NCBI GenBank assembly: GCA_002430735.1
Contig: DJCV01000011.1
Coordinates: 19,612 to 83,611, forward strand
Direction: 5' to 3'
DNA length: 64,000 nucleotides
Source: Candidatus Woesebacteria bacterium UBA5941
Lineage (GTDB): Bacteria; Patescibacteriota; Microgenomatia; UBA8517
This document shows, piece after piece, positions 17,896-27,814 of the stretch (positions within the stretch are counted from its first letter, which is position 1; the number at the start of each line of letters is the position of its first letter). The translations under genes were made by a program, and so were the position numbers. The notes below the pieces were generated by a model. It worked only from the letters and a program-made list of their open reading frames with translations, did not search any database and was not told the origin of the DNA.

Positions 17896-18972
17896 TTACT
17901 TCAGTTTCAATTCAGCTTCAATAAATTCTTCTAAATCGCCATCCAAAATCTTTTCAGTATCTCCTGTTTCAACATTTGTTCGTAAATCCTTAATCATTTT
18001 GTACGGATGCAACACATACGAGCGAATTTGGCTCCCCCATGATGGTGGGACGTACTCCCCTTTTAAATCCTTTTTTTCTTTCAATGCTTTCTCTTGTTCA
18101 AGCTGCCATAATTTTGCACGGAGCATATTCATGGCGTACTTCCGATTCTGCTCTTGAAATCGTTCTGTTCTACAACTGACAACAATGCCTGTTGGCCTAT
18201 GCACAATACGAACTGCAGTTGAGACCTTATTTACATTTTGTCCACCATGACCACCCGCCCGAGTAAAACTAATATCTAAATCATCATCTTTTATTTCAAC
18301 GTCCGGCACATCCATATCTTCTAATTCAGGCATCACATCTACCATTGCAAAAGAAGTTTGACGCAAGTTGTCCGCATTAAATGGAGATTGTCGAACCAGG
18401 CGATGGGTACCCGATTCACGTTTCAAATAGCCATAGCTGTATTGTCCCGTTATTTTAAATACTACGCTTTTTACCCCTGCTTCTTCACCCGGTGTCTCGT
18501 CGAGCAGTTCGACAGACCAGTTGCGCCGCTCACAAAAGCGAGTATACATACGATACAACATAGAGCTCCAGTCCATTGCCTCAGTCCCTCCCTGTCCGGC
18601 GTGAATACTCATGATAGAATTCTTTTTGTCATACTTACCCGATAGGTATGAAGTGAGCTCGAGCTTTGATATGCGTCTTTCTGTTTTAGTTAATTCAGAC
18701 TCAAGTTCAGTTTGAGCATCCTCATCTGATAGGAGCGACTCGAGTAACTCAAGTGTTTCTCGAACATCGTTAATTTCAGCGAGTTCATCACGAAGATTTG
18801 CAGCTTCCTGAAGAAGCATTTTTGCTTTTTCTTGATCATTCCACAAATGAGGATCAGCAGTTTCACTATCCAAAATCTCAAGTCGCTTCTTTTTTTCGAC
18901 AATACCCAAATGTGCCTCATACGATGTAAAGCGTTCAGTTAATTCTTGAAGTCGTTTTTTAGTTTCATACAT
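17896..18972 (-). CDS. prfB: Peptide chain release factor 2, no internal frameshift
   Basis: SPF anticodon tripeptide (RQSPFNA), GGQ, WGSQIRSYVLHPY; continuous 358-aa ORF. Confidence 0.97.
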   Translation of the reverse strand: MYETKKRLQELTERFTSYEAHLGIVEKKKRLEILDSETADPHLWNDQEKAKMLLQEAANLRDELAEINDVRETLELLESLLSDEDAQTELESELTKTERRISKLELTSYLSGKYDKKNSIMSIHAGQGGTEAMDWSSMLYRMYTRFCERRNWSVELLDETPGEEAGVKSVVFKITGQYSYGYLKRESGTHRLVRQSPFNADNLRQTSFAMVDVMPELEDMDVPDVEIKDDDLDISFTRAGGHGGQNVNKVSTAVRIVHRPTGIVVSCRTERFQEQNRKYAMNMLRAKLWQLEQEKALKEKKDLKGEYVPPSWGSQIRSYVLHPYKMIKDLRTNVETGDTEKILDGDLEEFIEAELKLK

Positions 18973-18998
18973 ACGCTGACAAGTATATCAAACACTCC

Positions 18999-19493
18999 TC
19001 AATTTGGTTGACACAACACCTTCCTGGCCGCTTCTTGATCAGCAGGGGATAATGTAGACATATCCTTCACAACTGACTGCATTGTAGGCGCTTCCTTCGC
19101 ACTTGAGATAGGAATCTCTTCCGCCACACCCAACACATCTACTAATTTTTCCCGTCCCCCTTCGAGAACTGTTGAAATCGGCTTTGGAGCATCCTTCCAA
19201 CCGATAAGCTCGGTAAACACTGTTTTTCCACCGATGAGAAATAAACCTTCAAGAATTAACGCTAACGCAAAGCCAAATGAAAGTCCTGGCAAAATACCTT
19301 TCACGCTCCACCCCACGTAGGTATGGCGCAAATGGCCCAGGGTGTATATCAAAAGGAAAATTAAAACGACCATGAGGATTGCTTGTAATAAATTGGGAGC
19401 AAAGACAAAACCTCCGGGAAGGTTTATATCAAAAGTCTGAAAAAGCCGTTCAATAACTGTTTGCACAGGCACAGGAAGAGTTGATGTATCCAT
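18999..19493 (-). CDS. Hypothetical membrane protein
   Basis: Two TM segments; leaderless start (TACAAT-5-ATG). Confidence 0.7.
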   Translation of the reverse strand: MDTSTLPVPVQTVIERLFQTFDINLPGGFVFAPNLLQAILMVVLIFLLIYTLGHLRHTYVGWSVKGILPGLSFGFALALILEGLFLIGGKTVFTELIGWKDAPKPISTVLEGGREKLVDVLGVAEEIPISSAKEAPTMQSVVKDMSTLSPADQEAARKVLCQPN

Positions 19494-19524
19494 AGCTCAT
19501 TGTACAACGCGAATGAAGAAATTC

Positions 19525-19836
19525 TTACAAGGAAGAAGCTGATGCGTTTAAATTAGTAAACTCTCCATCAACAGACTCAATCTTTGTTGAATCAATCTCT
19601 TTTCCAATGACATCTATCTCTGTAGATGTTGAGACTGTAGGAACTGGAGTGAAATCAGGACTCGATTGCTGAGTTTCCATTTGTGTAACAGGGGGTGGAG
19701 GAAGCTTGGTTGTTGTGCTTCTTGATGGCTTTTTTAATACAACAAACCCTACAACCCCAACGATTGCAAGCAGTGTAACTGCAACGAGTGCAATAAATGC
19801 ACTAAAGCCGTTTTGTGACTGTTTTAAATAATTCAT
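19525..19836 (-). CDS. Small membrane protein with prepilin-like N-terminus
   Basis: Likely start MNYLKQSQNG|FSAFIALVAV, TM, PT linker. Confidence 0.6.
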   Translation of the reverse strand: MNYLKQSQNGFSAFIALVAVTLLAIVGVVGFVVLKKPSRSTTTKLPPPPVTQMETQQSSPDFTPVPTVSTSTEIDVIGKEIDSTKIESVDGEFTNLNASASSL

Positions 19837-19837
19837 A

Positions 19838-20572
19838 TTATGGTTGTGTTGATGCCGATGGTGATGCTGTGACAATCGGGGTTGCGGATGGTGCGGTTGA
19901 TGGAACAGGTGTTCCAGATAAGGCAAGGGCTCTCAGTGTTTTAAAAGCAGTATCAACGGCTCGTCGTGCATCGTTCAAACTGCCAACAACTGCCTTTACA
20001 TCAGTACGAAAGAGCTCTATCGTTGATTTTACGTTTTGCCCTAGCGAATCATCGGTTACGGTGATTGCGTACGTCTTACCGTTTTGAGCATCGACTTTCG
20101 CTTGAGCGGTAGAGATTGATGTCCGCGCTGTTGAAATTACTGCCGTAAGACCGGAGATGTCAGTCCCCGCATTCCCTAATTCCTGCGCTCGGCGCTCAAC
20201 TTTATCAAGAATACCGGTTAATCTTTGTAACACTTCATTCCAATGTGTGATCCAAGCAGCGTTTCTGTTTGCTATCCGCTCATCAATATTATTAACCACT
20301 TGTTGTTTTTTTACGTCTTTTATTTGGGTTAAGTTTTGCCTCAACGTTGTTTTAACCTCTTCTCGCTTTTTGAGTGCTGCCTCTTTGAGTGCTTTAATTT
20401 GGGCCTCTCTGTCAGCACTATTTACTCTCCTAAGATCTACAGGAGTTACTTTTGGGGTAGGAACGGCAGTTGATTGAGAAGAGCCGGTTGCAGTATTTGC
20501 GTCTTGTGCGGAAATAGTTGCGGGAAGCAAAAATAAGAGGGATAAAAAAGCGAGCGTTACCCTACGTTTCAT
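19838..20572 (-). CDS. Secreted alpha-helical coiled-coil protein
   Basis: Signal peptide ending ISA|Q, long heptad-rich body, PT tail. Confidence 0.75.
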   Translation of the reverse strand: MKRRVTLAFLSLLFLLPATISAQDANTATGSSQSTAVPTPKVTPVDLRRVNSADREAQIKALKEAALKKREEVKTTLRQNLTQIKDVKKQQVVNNIDERIANRNAAWITHWNEVLQRLTGILDKVERRAQELGNAGTDISGLTAVISTARTSISTAQAKVDAQNGKTYAITVTDDSLGQNVKSTIELFRTDVKAVVGSLNDARRAVDTAFKTLRALALSGTPVPSTAPSATPIVTASPSASTQP

Positions 20573-20604
20573 GTATTCACTCTAATGCTCAGTAAAAGCT
20601 ACTG

Positions 20605-21312
20605 TCAAGGGGTTGTAGAGGCTTTTGGTGTTGCTGATGCCATTGGGGTCGCAGATGCACGTGGACTTCCACTTGGCGCTGGCGTTGCAGAGGCTTTTGG
20701 TGTTGCTGATGCCGTTGTTTTTGATTTAGGTCCAGTGATCACTCGAATTGACATTTTTCCAGTAAGACCTGATGTTGGAGATACTGTTCCAAAGCTTGCA
20801 GATAATGATTGTGCAACTTCTGTTACAACAGACATTGGCACATCTGATGAATATTCAAGTGTAGTGCTCGTGGCATTTTGACTCGTTGCGTTACTAGTGG
20901 TTACTTTTGTATAGCCTGCTTTTTCAATTAATGACTTTGCAACTGCAGCATCGCCAGTTGTACCAGTCCCATTTTGAACTTCAATACTTACGCCAGTTCT
21001 TTGCGTAGAAGAAGGGGTTGCTGATGGTGCTGGACTTGCACTGCGAGCCGGAGTCGCAACTGGTGTCTCACTTGGTGTTGGAAGAGTATCTAATCCCGAA
21101 ACAAATGGAGATGGAGTTGGGTTCTCAGTCGTAGATGTACTGCTTTGATAGAGGAAAAATCCACCTGCAGCAAGAATGATAACGAGTCCGATCACTGCGA
21201 AAATCCATTTAGGGAAGCCACCAGACGATTGTCGAGTAGGTCGAGGATCCGGAAAACTTACTGCCGGTTCTGGTTGCATAGGTGTTGGCTGAATGTCTTG
21301 TTGCTCGTGCAT
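20605..21312 (-). CDS. LytR C-terminal domain-containing membrane protein
   Basis: TM, PT linker, IEVQNGTGTTGDA...IRVITG (LytR_C pattern), ASATPKAS tail repeats. Confidence 0.8.
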   Translation of the reverse strand: MHEQQDIQPTPMQPEPAVSFPDPRPTRQSSGGFPKWIFAVIGLVIILAAGGFFLYQSSTSTTENPTPSPFVSGLDTLPTPSETPVATPARSASPAPSATPSSTQRTGVSIEVQNGTGTTGDAAVAKSLIEKAGYTKVTTSNATSQNATSTTLEYSSDVPMSVVTEVAQSLSASFGTVSPTSGLTGKMSIRVITGPKSKTTASATPKASATPAPSGSPRASATPMASATPKASTTP

Positions 21313-21382
21313 TTTTTGTATCGGCTATATAACAACATAATTACACGAGCTTGTCAACCGCGTGAGTTTAATCGATTAAACT

Positions 21383-22546
21383 TCACTTTTTAAGCCAATT
21401 GTCGTATAGATGAGTGAATTTTTCCTGCAAAATTGCTGTTCTGATAGCCTCCATCAGGGTATTCATATAGTGAATATTGTGAATTGAAGCAAGTCTTCCC
21501 CCTAATAGTTCATTATTCACAAAAAGGTGACGAATATATCCACGGCTAAATGTTTTGCATGTCATACAAGTGCAGACACTACTAATGGGAGCCATGTCTG
21601 TTGGAGAAAACTTATGAACATCACTTCTAAATTTGTTATGTATTCCGCCACCATCTTCTGGAAAGAGAAAAAGTAACCCCGTTCTCGCCATTCTAGTGAC
21701 TGACGTATTGTCGAATGTATCAACACCTCGTTTTACTGCTTCAAAAATCCCTTCTGGTCCGCCACCGAGTCCTAACGCGTGAACAGGTTTTCCGGATGGA
21801 AGAGACTCAACAATGGTATCCAAAGCATCTGCTGTTATCTGAGGATCGCTGCCTATGGTTGAGCCACCTATCGCAATTCCTGGAAAATCTAGCCGCAAAA
21901 CAAAATCTAGCGATGCACGACGAAGAATAGGATCTGTTTCTCCCTGAACTACGCCATATAGTGCCTGTTTGTGTTCGCGGGTTTTTTGCAATTCTGTCCA
22001 CCGCGCATGGGATCTTGTCTCCCATCTCATGGTGCGTTCAAAGGCATCCTTTTGTTTTTCGCGGGTACTTAATTGAGAAAGTGGTTGATCAAAAGCCATG
22101 ATAATGTCAGCAGAAAGCACATCCTGTATTTCCATAGACTTTTCTGGAGTAAGCAGATGTTTGCTCCCATCAATGTGTGAACGAAAAACAGCACCTTCTT
22201 CTGTAATTGTCACTTGAGAGGATCGCTCTTTTGCCTCCTTTGGTGTCCACAAAAATGCGACTTGATATCCACCACTATCTGTAAATGTAGGGCCGTCCCA
22301 TTTCATAAACGGTGCAAAGCCATGGTACTCACGGATCGTTTCAACTCCCGGGGATAAATATAAATGGTATGTATTCGCCAAAACGGCCTGAGAACCAGTA
22401 TCGAGTAGCTCCTGTGGTGTTACCGTTTTAACGGTCGCTTGAGTACCCACTGGGATGAATGCTGGTGTTTGTATTTCTCCGTGGGGAGTATGAATAATGC
22501 CTGCGCGTGCAAATCCTTCTTGGTGCTTTAGGGTGAATAGATTCAT
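21383..22546 (-). CDS. tgt: tRNA-guanine transglycosylase
   Basis: TPAFIPVGT, LANTYHL, TDSGGYQ, MAFD, VQG, CxCxxC...H Zn site. Confidence 0.95.
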   Translation of the reverse strand: MNLFTLKHQEGFARAGIIHTPHGEIQTPAFIPVGTQATVKTVTPQELLDTGSQAVLANTYHLYLSPGVETIREYHGFAPFMKWDGPTFTDSGGYQVAFLWTPKEAKERSSQVTITEEGAVFRSHIDGSKHLLTPEKSMEIQDVLSADIIMAFDQPLSQLSTREKQKDAFERTMRWETRSHARWTELQKTREHKQALYGVVQGETDPILRRASLDFVLRLDFPGIAIGGSTIGSDPQITADALDTIVESLPSGKPVHALGLGGGPEGIFEAVKRGVDTFDNTSVTRMARTGLLFLFPEDGGGIHNKFRSDVHKFSPTDMAPISSVCTCMTCKTFSRGYIRHLFVNNELLGGRLASIHNIHYMNTLMEAIRTAILQEKFTHLYDNWLKK

Positions 22547-22560
22547 AAGTAGCTAGAATA

Positions 22561-23778
22561 TCATGTGACATGAATTTTACGAGGAGTAGCTTTATAAACG
22601 AACAGTGCGATTAAACTACAACTAAATCCAATGACGGATAATGCTTGTAAGTCGCCTACCTGATCAGCTAAGAAGCCCGCGAGCACTGGACCTAATACAC
22701 AGCCGATGTTTGTAAAAAAGCTCGTTAATATTTCAATCTCTTGTTCATATTCAGGAGATTCACCAATGTAATCTGCGAAACATCCTTTTAACGATGGCCA
22801 TGCAAGAGAGGAAACAACCGATGAAACAAACACTATTGGTAAGAGGAGAGGAGTTTTACCAACAAAGATAAAACTTCCAACCGCCATTGTCCCCAAAATG
22901 AAACCGGTAAAGCTGGTTCTCTTCTTCCCATACTTGGCAGTAACAGGTCCAACAATCCACAACACTAAAATAGTAGGAAGGTAATAGAGAGTTAAAAACA
23001 GTCCTCCAATAGAATGCTCGCCTTTCAATCCTTGGGAGATCAATGGACCTATCGTTGCAAATGATAGATCGAAGACAAAAAGAAGCATATTCAATAGCAA
23101 AACGGGTGCTAAGATTTTTCCCACTTTCCAAAAGGAACGAGAACTGTGTATTTTTTTATGAGTATCTTCTCGTTTATGTGGAGCGTTACTTATCTTGAGC
23201 AGGAGCAGATAAAACACATAAATGCAGCACAAGAAAAACCAGCTCACTGCAAAGATTGGTGGGCCAACGCGTTCTCCAATTGCATAACTCGCAATTAAAG
23301 GGGCGACGATTAAACCTAATCCTTTAAATACATCCAGAATTCCCCAACTGCTTGCGTGTTCTTTTTTATCACTACCGCCGACAAAATTGTATAAACCATA
23401 CGAGAGAAAGTTCCAATATAGCCCCCATACGGCCATTGCAACTAAGTACATAAATATTGAGTTTGCTCCTAACAAAAGAACGAAGTAGCCTGCACATCCG
23501 GCAATGACAAACAAAAACATTCTTCTAAAATCAGTGTTCTTTAGAAATCGCGACAAAAACACATCGAGTGCTGCACCTGCCATGGAAGAGGATCCGATAA
23601 TTAAACCCAATTCCGTTTTTGAGAAGCCTCTTTCAGAAAGCATCAAAGGAAGTGCATATACAAGAAGCGTATCAAAAACCGCAAAGAAGAAAACCATTAC
23701 TGCCAGCGCAAGCAATGCCCTGTGTGACCGTTCTTTTATAGAAATGCTAAAGAATGAATCTGCAAGAATACGCCGCAT
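22561..23778 (-). CDS. MFS transporter
   Basis: About 12 hydrophobic segments; KYGKKR and GFLADQVG loop motifs. Confidence 0.85.
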   Translation of the reverse strand: MRRILADSFFSISIKERSHRALLALAVMVFFFAVFDTLLVYALPLMLSERGFSKTELGLIIGSSSMAGAALDVFLSRFLKNTDFRRMFLFVIAGCAGYFVLLLGANSIFMYLVAMAVWGLYWNFLSYGLYNFVGGSDKKEHASSWGILDVFKGLGLIVAPLIASYAIGERVGPPIFAVSWFFLCCIYVFYLLLLKISNAPHKREDTHKKIHSSRSFWKVGKILAPVLLLNMLLFVFDLSFATIGPLISQGLKGEHSIGGLFLTLYYLPTILVLWIVGPVTAKYGKKRTSFTGFILGTMAVGSFIFVGKTPLLLPIVFVSSVVSSLAWPSLKGCFADYIGESPEYEQEIEILTSFFTNIGCVLGPVLAGFLADQVGDLQALSVIGFSCSLIALFVYKATPRKIHVT

Positions 23779-23785
23779 AAAACCC

Positions 23786-26233
23786 CTACTGCTTCTCCCA
23801 CATAAATCCGTTTGTGCTTGTATCTGCTTTCAAGATAATAGCGTCCCCATCTGCTATTTTTCCAGCAAGCATTGACTGTGCTATTACATCCCCCACTTTC
23901 AACTCTATCATTCTGCGCATCGGACGCGCACCAAGCGCCGGATCATATCCCTCCTCTACAACTTTCGTAATAACAGACTCATCAAAAGTGATCTGTATCC
24001 CTTTTTCTTTCATCTGCTCTGTAACAAATCCCAGTTGTCGTTTGGCTACTTCCATCAAATGTTCTTTAGATAGCGGTTCATACACAACAACACCGTCAAA
24101 ACGATTTAAAAATTCTGGGCTAAATACCCGATCCTGCAAGACTTTGTTTAGTACCTCTTTTTGCAATGTTTCTTTATCAATTGGAGATTTCATGAGCTCT
24201 CGAATGTATTCAGATCCGGCGTTGCTCGTGGCAATTATAAATGTGTGTGTTGCGGAGACACTTCGCCCAAAAGCGTCGGTGATCCGGCCTTCATCAAGTA
24301 ATGACAGAAATAAATTAAACACTTCCTTTGGTGCTTTTTCAATTTCATCAAGCAGGAGAAGGCTTGCTGGATGATTTTTTAAATTTGTCGTGAGTGTACC
24401 TGGCATGTTTTTCGAGACACTCCCGATTAACCGCTCAATCCCTTCATTTCCAGCATATTCAGACATGTCAAAACGAACAATTCTCTTTTCACTACCAAAA
24501 TACACATCGGCTAGAGCCTTTGCTGTTTCTGTTTTCCCAACACCCGTAGGCCCTAAAAACAAGAATGACCCAACAGGACGATTATTTTTCACCACTCCTG
24601 ACGTTTTTGCCCGCAATGCCTTTGATAACAACATGACTGGATATTCTTGATTTACTAATCTTCGATGAATAATTTCTTCTAAATGCGAAAGCTTATCTTT
24701 CTCTGCATCCCCCAAACTTGAAAGCGCGATGCCTGTCTTTTCAGACAAGACGGCTTGTACTTCATTACGACTAATTGGTCCGTCTAAGTTATGTTCTTCG
24801 TGATAGAGCATAAGCGCATCTAACAGTTCTAATGCTTTCTCTGGGAATGGGGTATCCGTCAAGTACTGTGCGCTTCCGGCAAGTATGTCTCGCATCACAG
24901 GAACAGGGGTCATAATGTGCCGACGTTTTTCGCTATATCTCGCAGCTGAAAGCAATACACTCATTGCCTCATCAATTGTAATTTCATTAACTTGCACCTC
25001 TTCAAAAAACTTGTTCAACCGATCGTTGCGGGATACAAATCGATCGTAGTCATGTTTGTCTAAGATGCTCATAACGTACAATCGTTTATTCTCAAGTGCT
25101 TGGGTTAAAATGTCAGTTAAATCCATACCTTCAATTTCACTATTAGTTAATTTATGAATATCACGAATAACTAAAATGACGTTTCCTGCAGACTCTGCTT
25201 CCTTAAGGATTTGAAGAAAAAGGGTCTTTTTTGCATTAATGTCGTGACTGCCACTCATTAGTGCGTTGTAGTCAAAATCGAGTATTCGCTTGTATGACAT
25301 TTCTTTACCGAGAAGCCCTTCCCGTGCACGCTTTGCAAACTCATACACTACTGTCTTTTTGCCAACGCCAGGGACGCCAGTTAACATAACACCCCGTCCA
25401 GCCGTCAACACCCGAACCATTCGAGATACGGTTTCTTCACGTCCAATTAAGTGATGAGTAAATTCTCGTGGCAAACCCATATCACTGACATATTTATCGA
25501 GGGTCGGGGTATAGCCAAAAAGTAACGACATACCAATCCCCGGCTGTTGAAATACGAGCTTAGGGGTAAGTGTTGTATTGTTTGTTCGCCGCTGATCCCA
25601 CCACTTTGCAGCAAGCAAAATATCTTCCTTTTTAATTTGTAATGCTCGAAGATGCGCTTCATCAATAGGGTTTTCGCGCAAAACATCACTCATTAAATCA
25701 AAAAACCATGCATGTTCCTTTTGTGCCAACTTCATTTGTTCCGGGAATAGCGTCTTAACTTTTTCGTTACCCAAGTGGGTCAATAAAAAGTGACCGGCCT
25801 CACTTGAAAACAGATGATTTCTCGATAATGCAAGTGTGTTATGGGTGAGATCTTGCATCACAAAAATAGGTTGTCGTTTGTACACTCTGTAAATTGACAG
25901 TGAGAGAAATGGCAAAACCAACCACAGTAAAAATCCAACAGCACCACCTGCAAACAGAAAAATGATGACAAACACTCCAACAATAAGCACCACAATTCGT
26001 GCAACTGCTCCAATCGCACGGCTAATCATATTAAAACTCAGTTCTTGCAAATCCTGTATTGGATGAATGCCTGGTCTATCGGTTGAAGCAGAAAGGCGTT
26101 TCCATGGTGCAAACAATGTGGGAAGTAGTAATGGAAGTGACAACTGGTGGTTTATCGAAAGAACCGTATTTTTTAACCGGAGGATGTAATAGTTCAAGGC
26201 ATAGGTGTAATGCCACGCAAGGAATTCCATCAC
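23786..26233 (-). CDS. ClpA/ClpB-family AAA+ ATPase with N-terminal membrane domain
   Basis: N-terminal TMs; D1 GVPGVGKK and VIRDIH; FPEKALELLD; D2 GSFLFLGPTGVGKTE, LLLDEIEK, PEFLNRFD, GARPMRR. Confidence 0.88.
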   Translation of the reverse strand: MMEFLAWHYTYALNYYILRLKNTVLSINHQLSLPLLLPTLFAPWKRLSASTDRPGIHPIQDLQELSFNMISRAIGAVARIVVLIVGVFVIIFLFAGGAVGFLLWLVLPFLSLSIYRVYKRQPIFVMQDLTHNTLALSRNHLFSSEAGHFLLTHLGNEKVKTLFPEQMKLAQKEHAWFFDLMSDVLRENPIDEAHLRALQIKKEDILLAAKWWDQRRTNNTTLTPKLVFQQPGIGMSLLFGYTPTLDKYVSDMGLPREFTHHLIGREETVSRMVRVLTAGRGVMLTGVPGVGKKTVVYEFAKRAREGLLGKEMSYKRILDFDYNALMSGSHDINAKKTLFLQILKEAESAGNVILVIRDIHKLTNSEIEGMDLTDILTQALENKRLYVMSILDKHDYDRFVSRNDRLNKFFEEVQVNEITIDEAMSVLLSAARYSEKRRHIMTPVPVMRDILAGSAQYLTDTPFPEKALELLDALMLYHEEHNLDGPISRNEVQAVLSEKTGIALSSLGDAEKDKLSHLEEIIHRRLVNQEYPVMLLSKALRAKTSGVVKNNRPVGSFLFLGPTGVGKTETAKALADVYFGSEKRIVRFDMSEYAGNEGIERLIGSVSKNMPGTLTTNLKNHPASLLLLDEIEKAPKEVFNLFLSLLDEGRITDAFGRSVSATHTFIIATSNAGSEYIRELMKSPIDKETLQKEVLNKVLQDRVFSPEFLNRFDGVVVYEPLSKEHLMEVAKRQLGFVTEQMKEKGIQITFDESVITKVVEEGYDPALGARPMRRMIELKVGDVIAQSMLAGKIADGDAIILKADTSTNGFMWEKQ

Positions 26234-26269
26234 TCATAATAGCACTAAATTAGAGAGAAAATGGTACAT

Positions 26270-26845
26270 TTACGCGCGAATATTTCTGAGTATGGTCACA
26301 AATATATCTTTGTATTGATGAACGATTATTCCTGAATAGAGAAACGTGAGTGGCAATACAATCCAATTTTCAACTGCACTTCCCGTCGTGACACGTAAAA
26401 ATCGCAATGGAGGGACACCCACCTTAATTTTAAACGGAAAAAAGAGAGGAATCCCTTCTTTCGTTAATCCATCTGCAAACAAATGAGATGCAAAACCAAT
26501 CATAATTGAGGCTAGCAGAATATGAACGTCAACAGACTCAGGGTTAAACACTTTTGGAAGACCCCACTCTAAAAAGCGATAGAGTAAGTACCCTCCTAAT
26601 AATGAATGAGAAATCGTTCTATGCCCCAAAAAGAGATGTCTAAATACTTTCCCGACAGCATTTCCGGCTGGGAGCAAGTCCCACAAGCGGTTACTAGCTT
26701 GATCCATGTCAGGGAATAAAGCTCCGACAATGTTTCCAACAATAGAAGTAATAAGCGTCGGGAGTGTTATTGCAGCAGGTGGAAAGAATGCTGCAGCGGT
26801 GAGAAGAGAACCGAATGCAAACATATCATGAGTACGAGCAGTCAT
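26270..26845 (-). CDS. YdjM/YbcI-like membrane-bound metal-dependent hydrolase
   Basis: TH, PDMD, HRTISHS, SHLFADGLTKEGIP. Confidence 0.88.
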   Translation of the reverse strand: MTARTHDMFAFGSLLTAAAFFPPAAITLPTLITSIVGNIVGALFPDMDQASNRLWDLLPAGNAVGKVFRHLFLGHRTISHSLLGGYLLYRFLEWGLPKVFNPESVDVHILLASIMIGFASHLFADGLTKEGIPLFFPFKIKVGVPPLRFLRVTTGSAVENWIVLPLTFLYSGIIVHQYKDIFVTILRNIRA

Positions 26846-26872
26846 GCGCCATACTATCGTATATACTAGCGC

Positions 26873-27814
26873 ATGAGCAACTCTCTTCCAATTGATTTTC
26901 TTGCACGGCTAGAACGTATTTTTCCAAAAAACTACGATCAGATCATCTCAACATTCAACAACAAGCGTCTTCCCACTTTTCGTATAAATACTTTGAAAAA
27001 CTCACGGGAGAGTGTATTGGAAACACTCACGGTACAAGGCTTTACGTGCGAACAAGTGTCTTGGTATCGCGATGCCTTTATTTTGACAAGTAAAACGCAG
27101 CGGGAATTAACGGAAACTGACACATACAAAGAGGGGCACATTTACCTCCAAAACTTATCGAGCATGATTCCGGTTTTATTGCTAAACCCTCAAGAGAATG
27201 AAACGATTCTCGATGCTTGTGCAGCTCCTGGAAGTAAGACTACACAAATAGCTGCTGCAATGCAGAATTCTGGTCAAATTATCGCCAATGACATGAGCCG
27301 CGTACGACTCTATAAGTTATTGGCCAATATTAAAACTCTTGGGGTAACGACAATAACAACAACACATTTCCGTGCGCAAGAACTGTGGAGGAAGTTTCCC
27401 AATACGTTTGATCGAGTACTTGTAGATGTCCCCTGCAGTTTAGAAGGACGATTTCTGGCAGATAACCCAAAAACATACAAAGACTGGTCAGTAAAAAAAG
27501 TGAAGAAACTTGCAGAGTATCAAAAGCAGATTCTTCATTCATCGATCTCAACAGCGAAATCTGGGGCAACGATTATTTATTCTACTTGCACTATTTCACC
27601 CGAAGAAAACGAAGGCGTTGTTGACTGGGTACTAAAAAAGCACGGACATTTAGTTGAATTGGTAGAGGCATCACTTAATTCAGCAATTGAAATCGCTCCT
27701 CCTGTTCTCGAATGGGACGGGAAAGAATATGGAGAAAGGATGCACCTGACGAAGCGCGTTGCGCCTTCGCAAACAATGGAAGCTTTTTTTGTTGCTCAGT
27801 TTCTCAAGAAGTAA
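26873..27814 (+). CDS. RsmB/RsmF/NOL1-NOP2 m5C RNA methyltransferase
   Basis: LDACAAPGSKT, DVPCS, YSTCTISPEENE. Confidence 0.93.
   Translation: MSNSLPIDFLARLERIFPKNYDQIISTFNNKRLPTFRINTLKNSRESVLETLTVQGFTCEQVSWYRDAFILTSKTQRELTETDTYKEGHIYLQNLSSMIPVLLLNPQENETILDACAAPGSKTTQIAAAMQNSGQIIANDMSRVRLYKLLANIKTLGVTTITTTHFRAQELWRKFPNTFDRVLVDVPCSLEGRFLADNPKTYKDWSVKKVKKLAEYQKQILHSSISTAKSGATIIYSTCTISPEENEGVVDWVLKKHGHLVELVEASLNSAIEIAPPVLEWDGKEYGERMHLTKRVAPSQTMEAFFVAQFLKK

Noticed and set aside
20618-20713. Direct repeat GAGGCTTTTGGTGTTGCTGATGCC (two copies)
   Set aside because: In-frame duplication encoding ASATPKAS in a low-complexity tail
23786-26233. ClpV or type VI/VII secretion ATPase
   Set aside because: No secretion-system structural genes nearby and no FtsK-type domains
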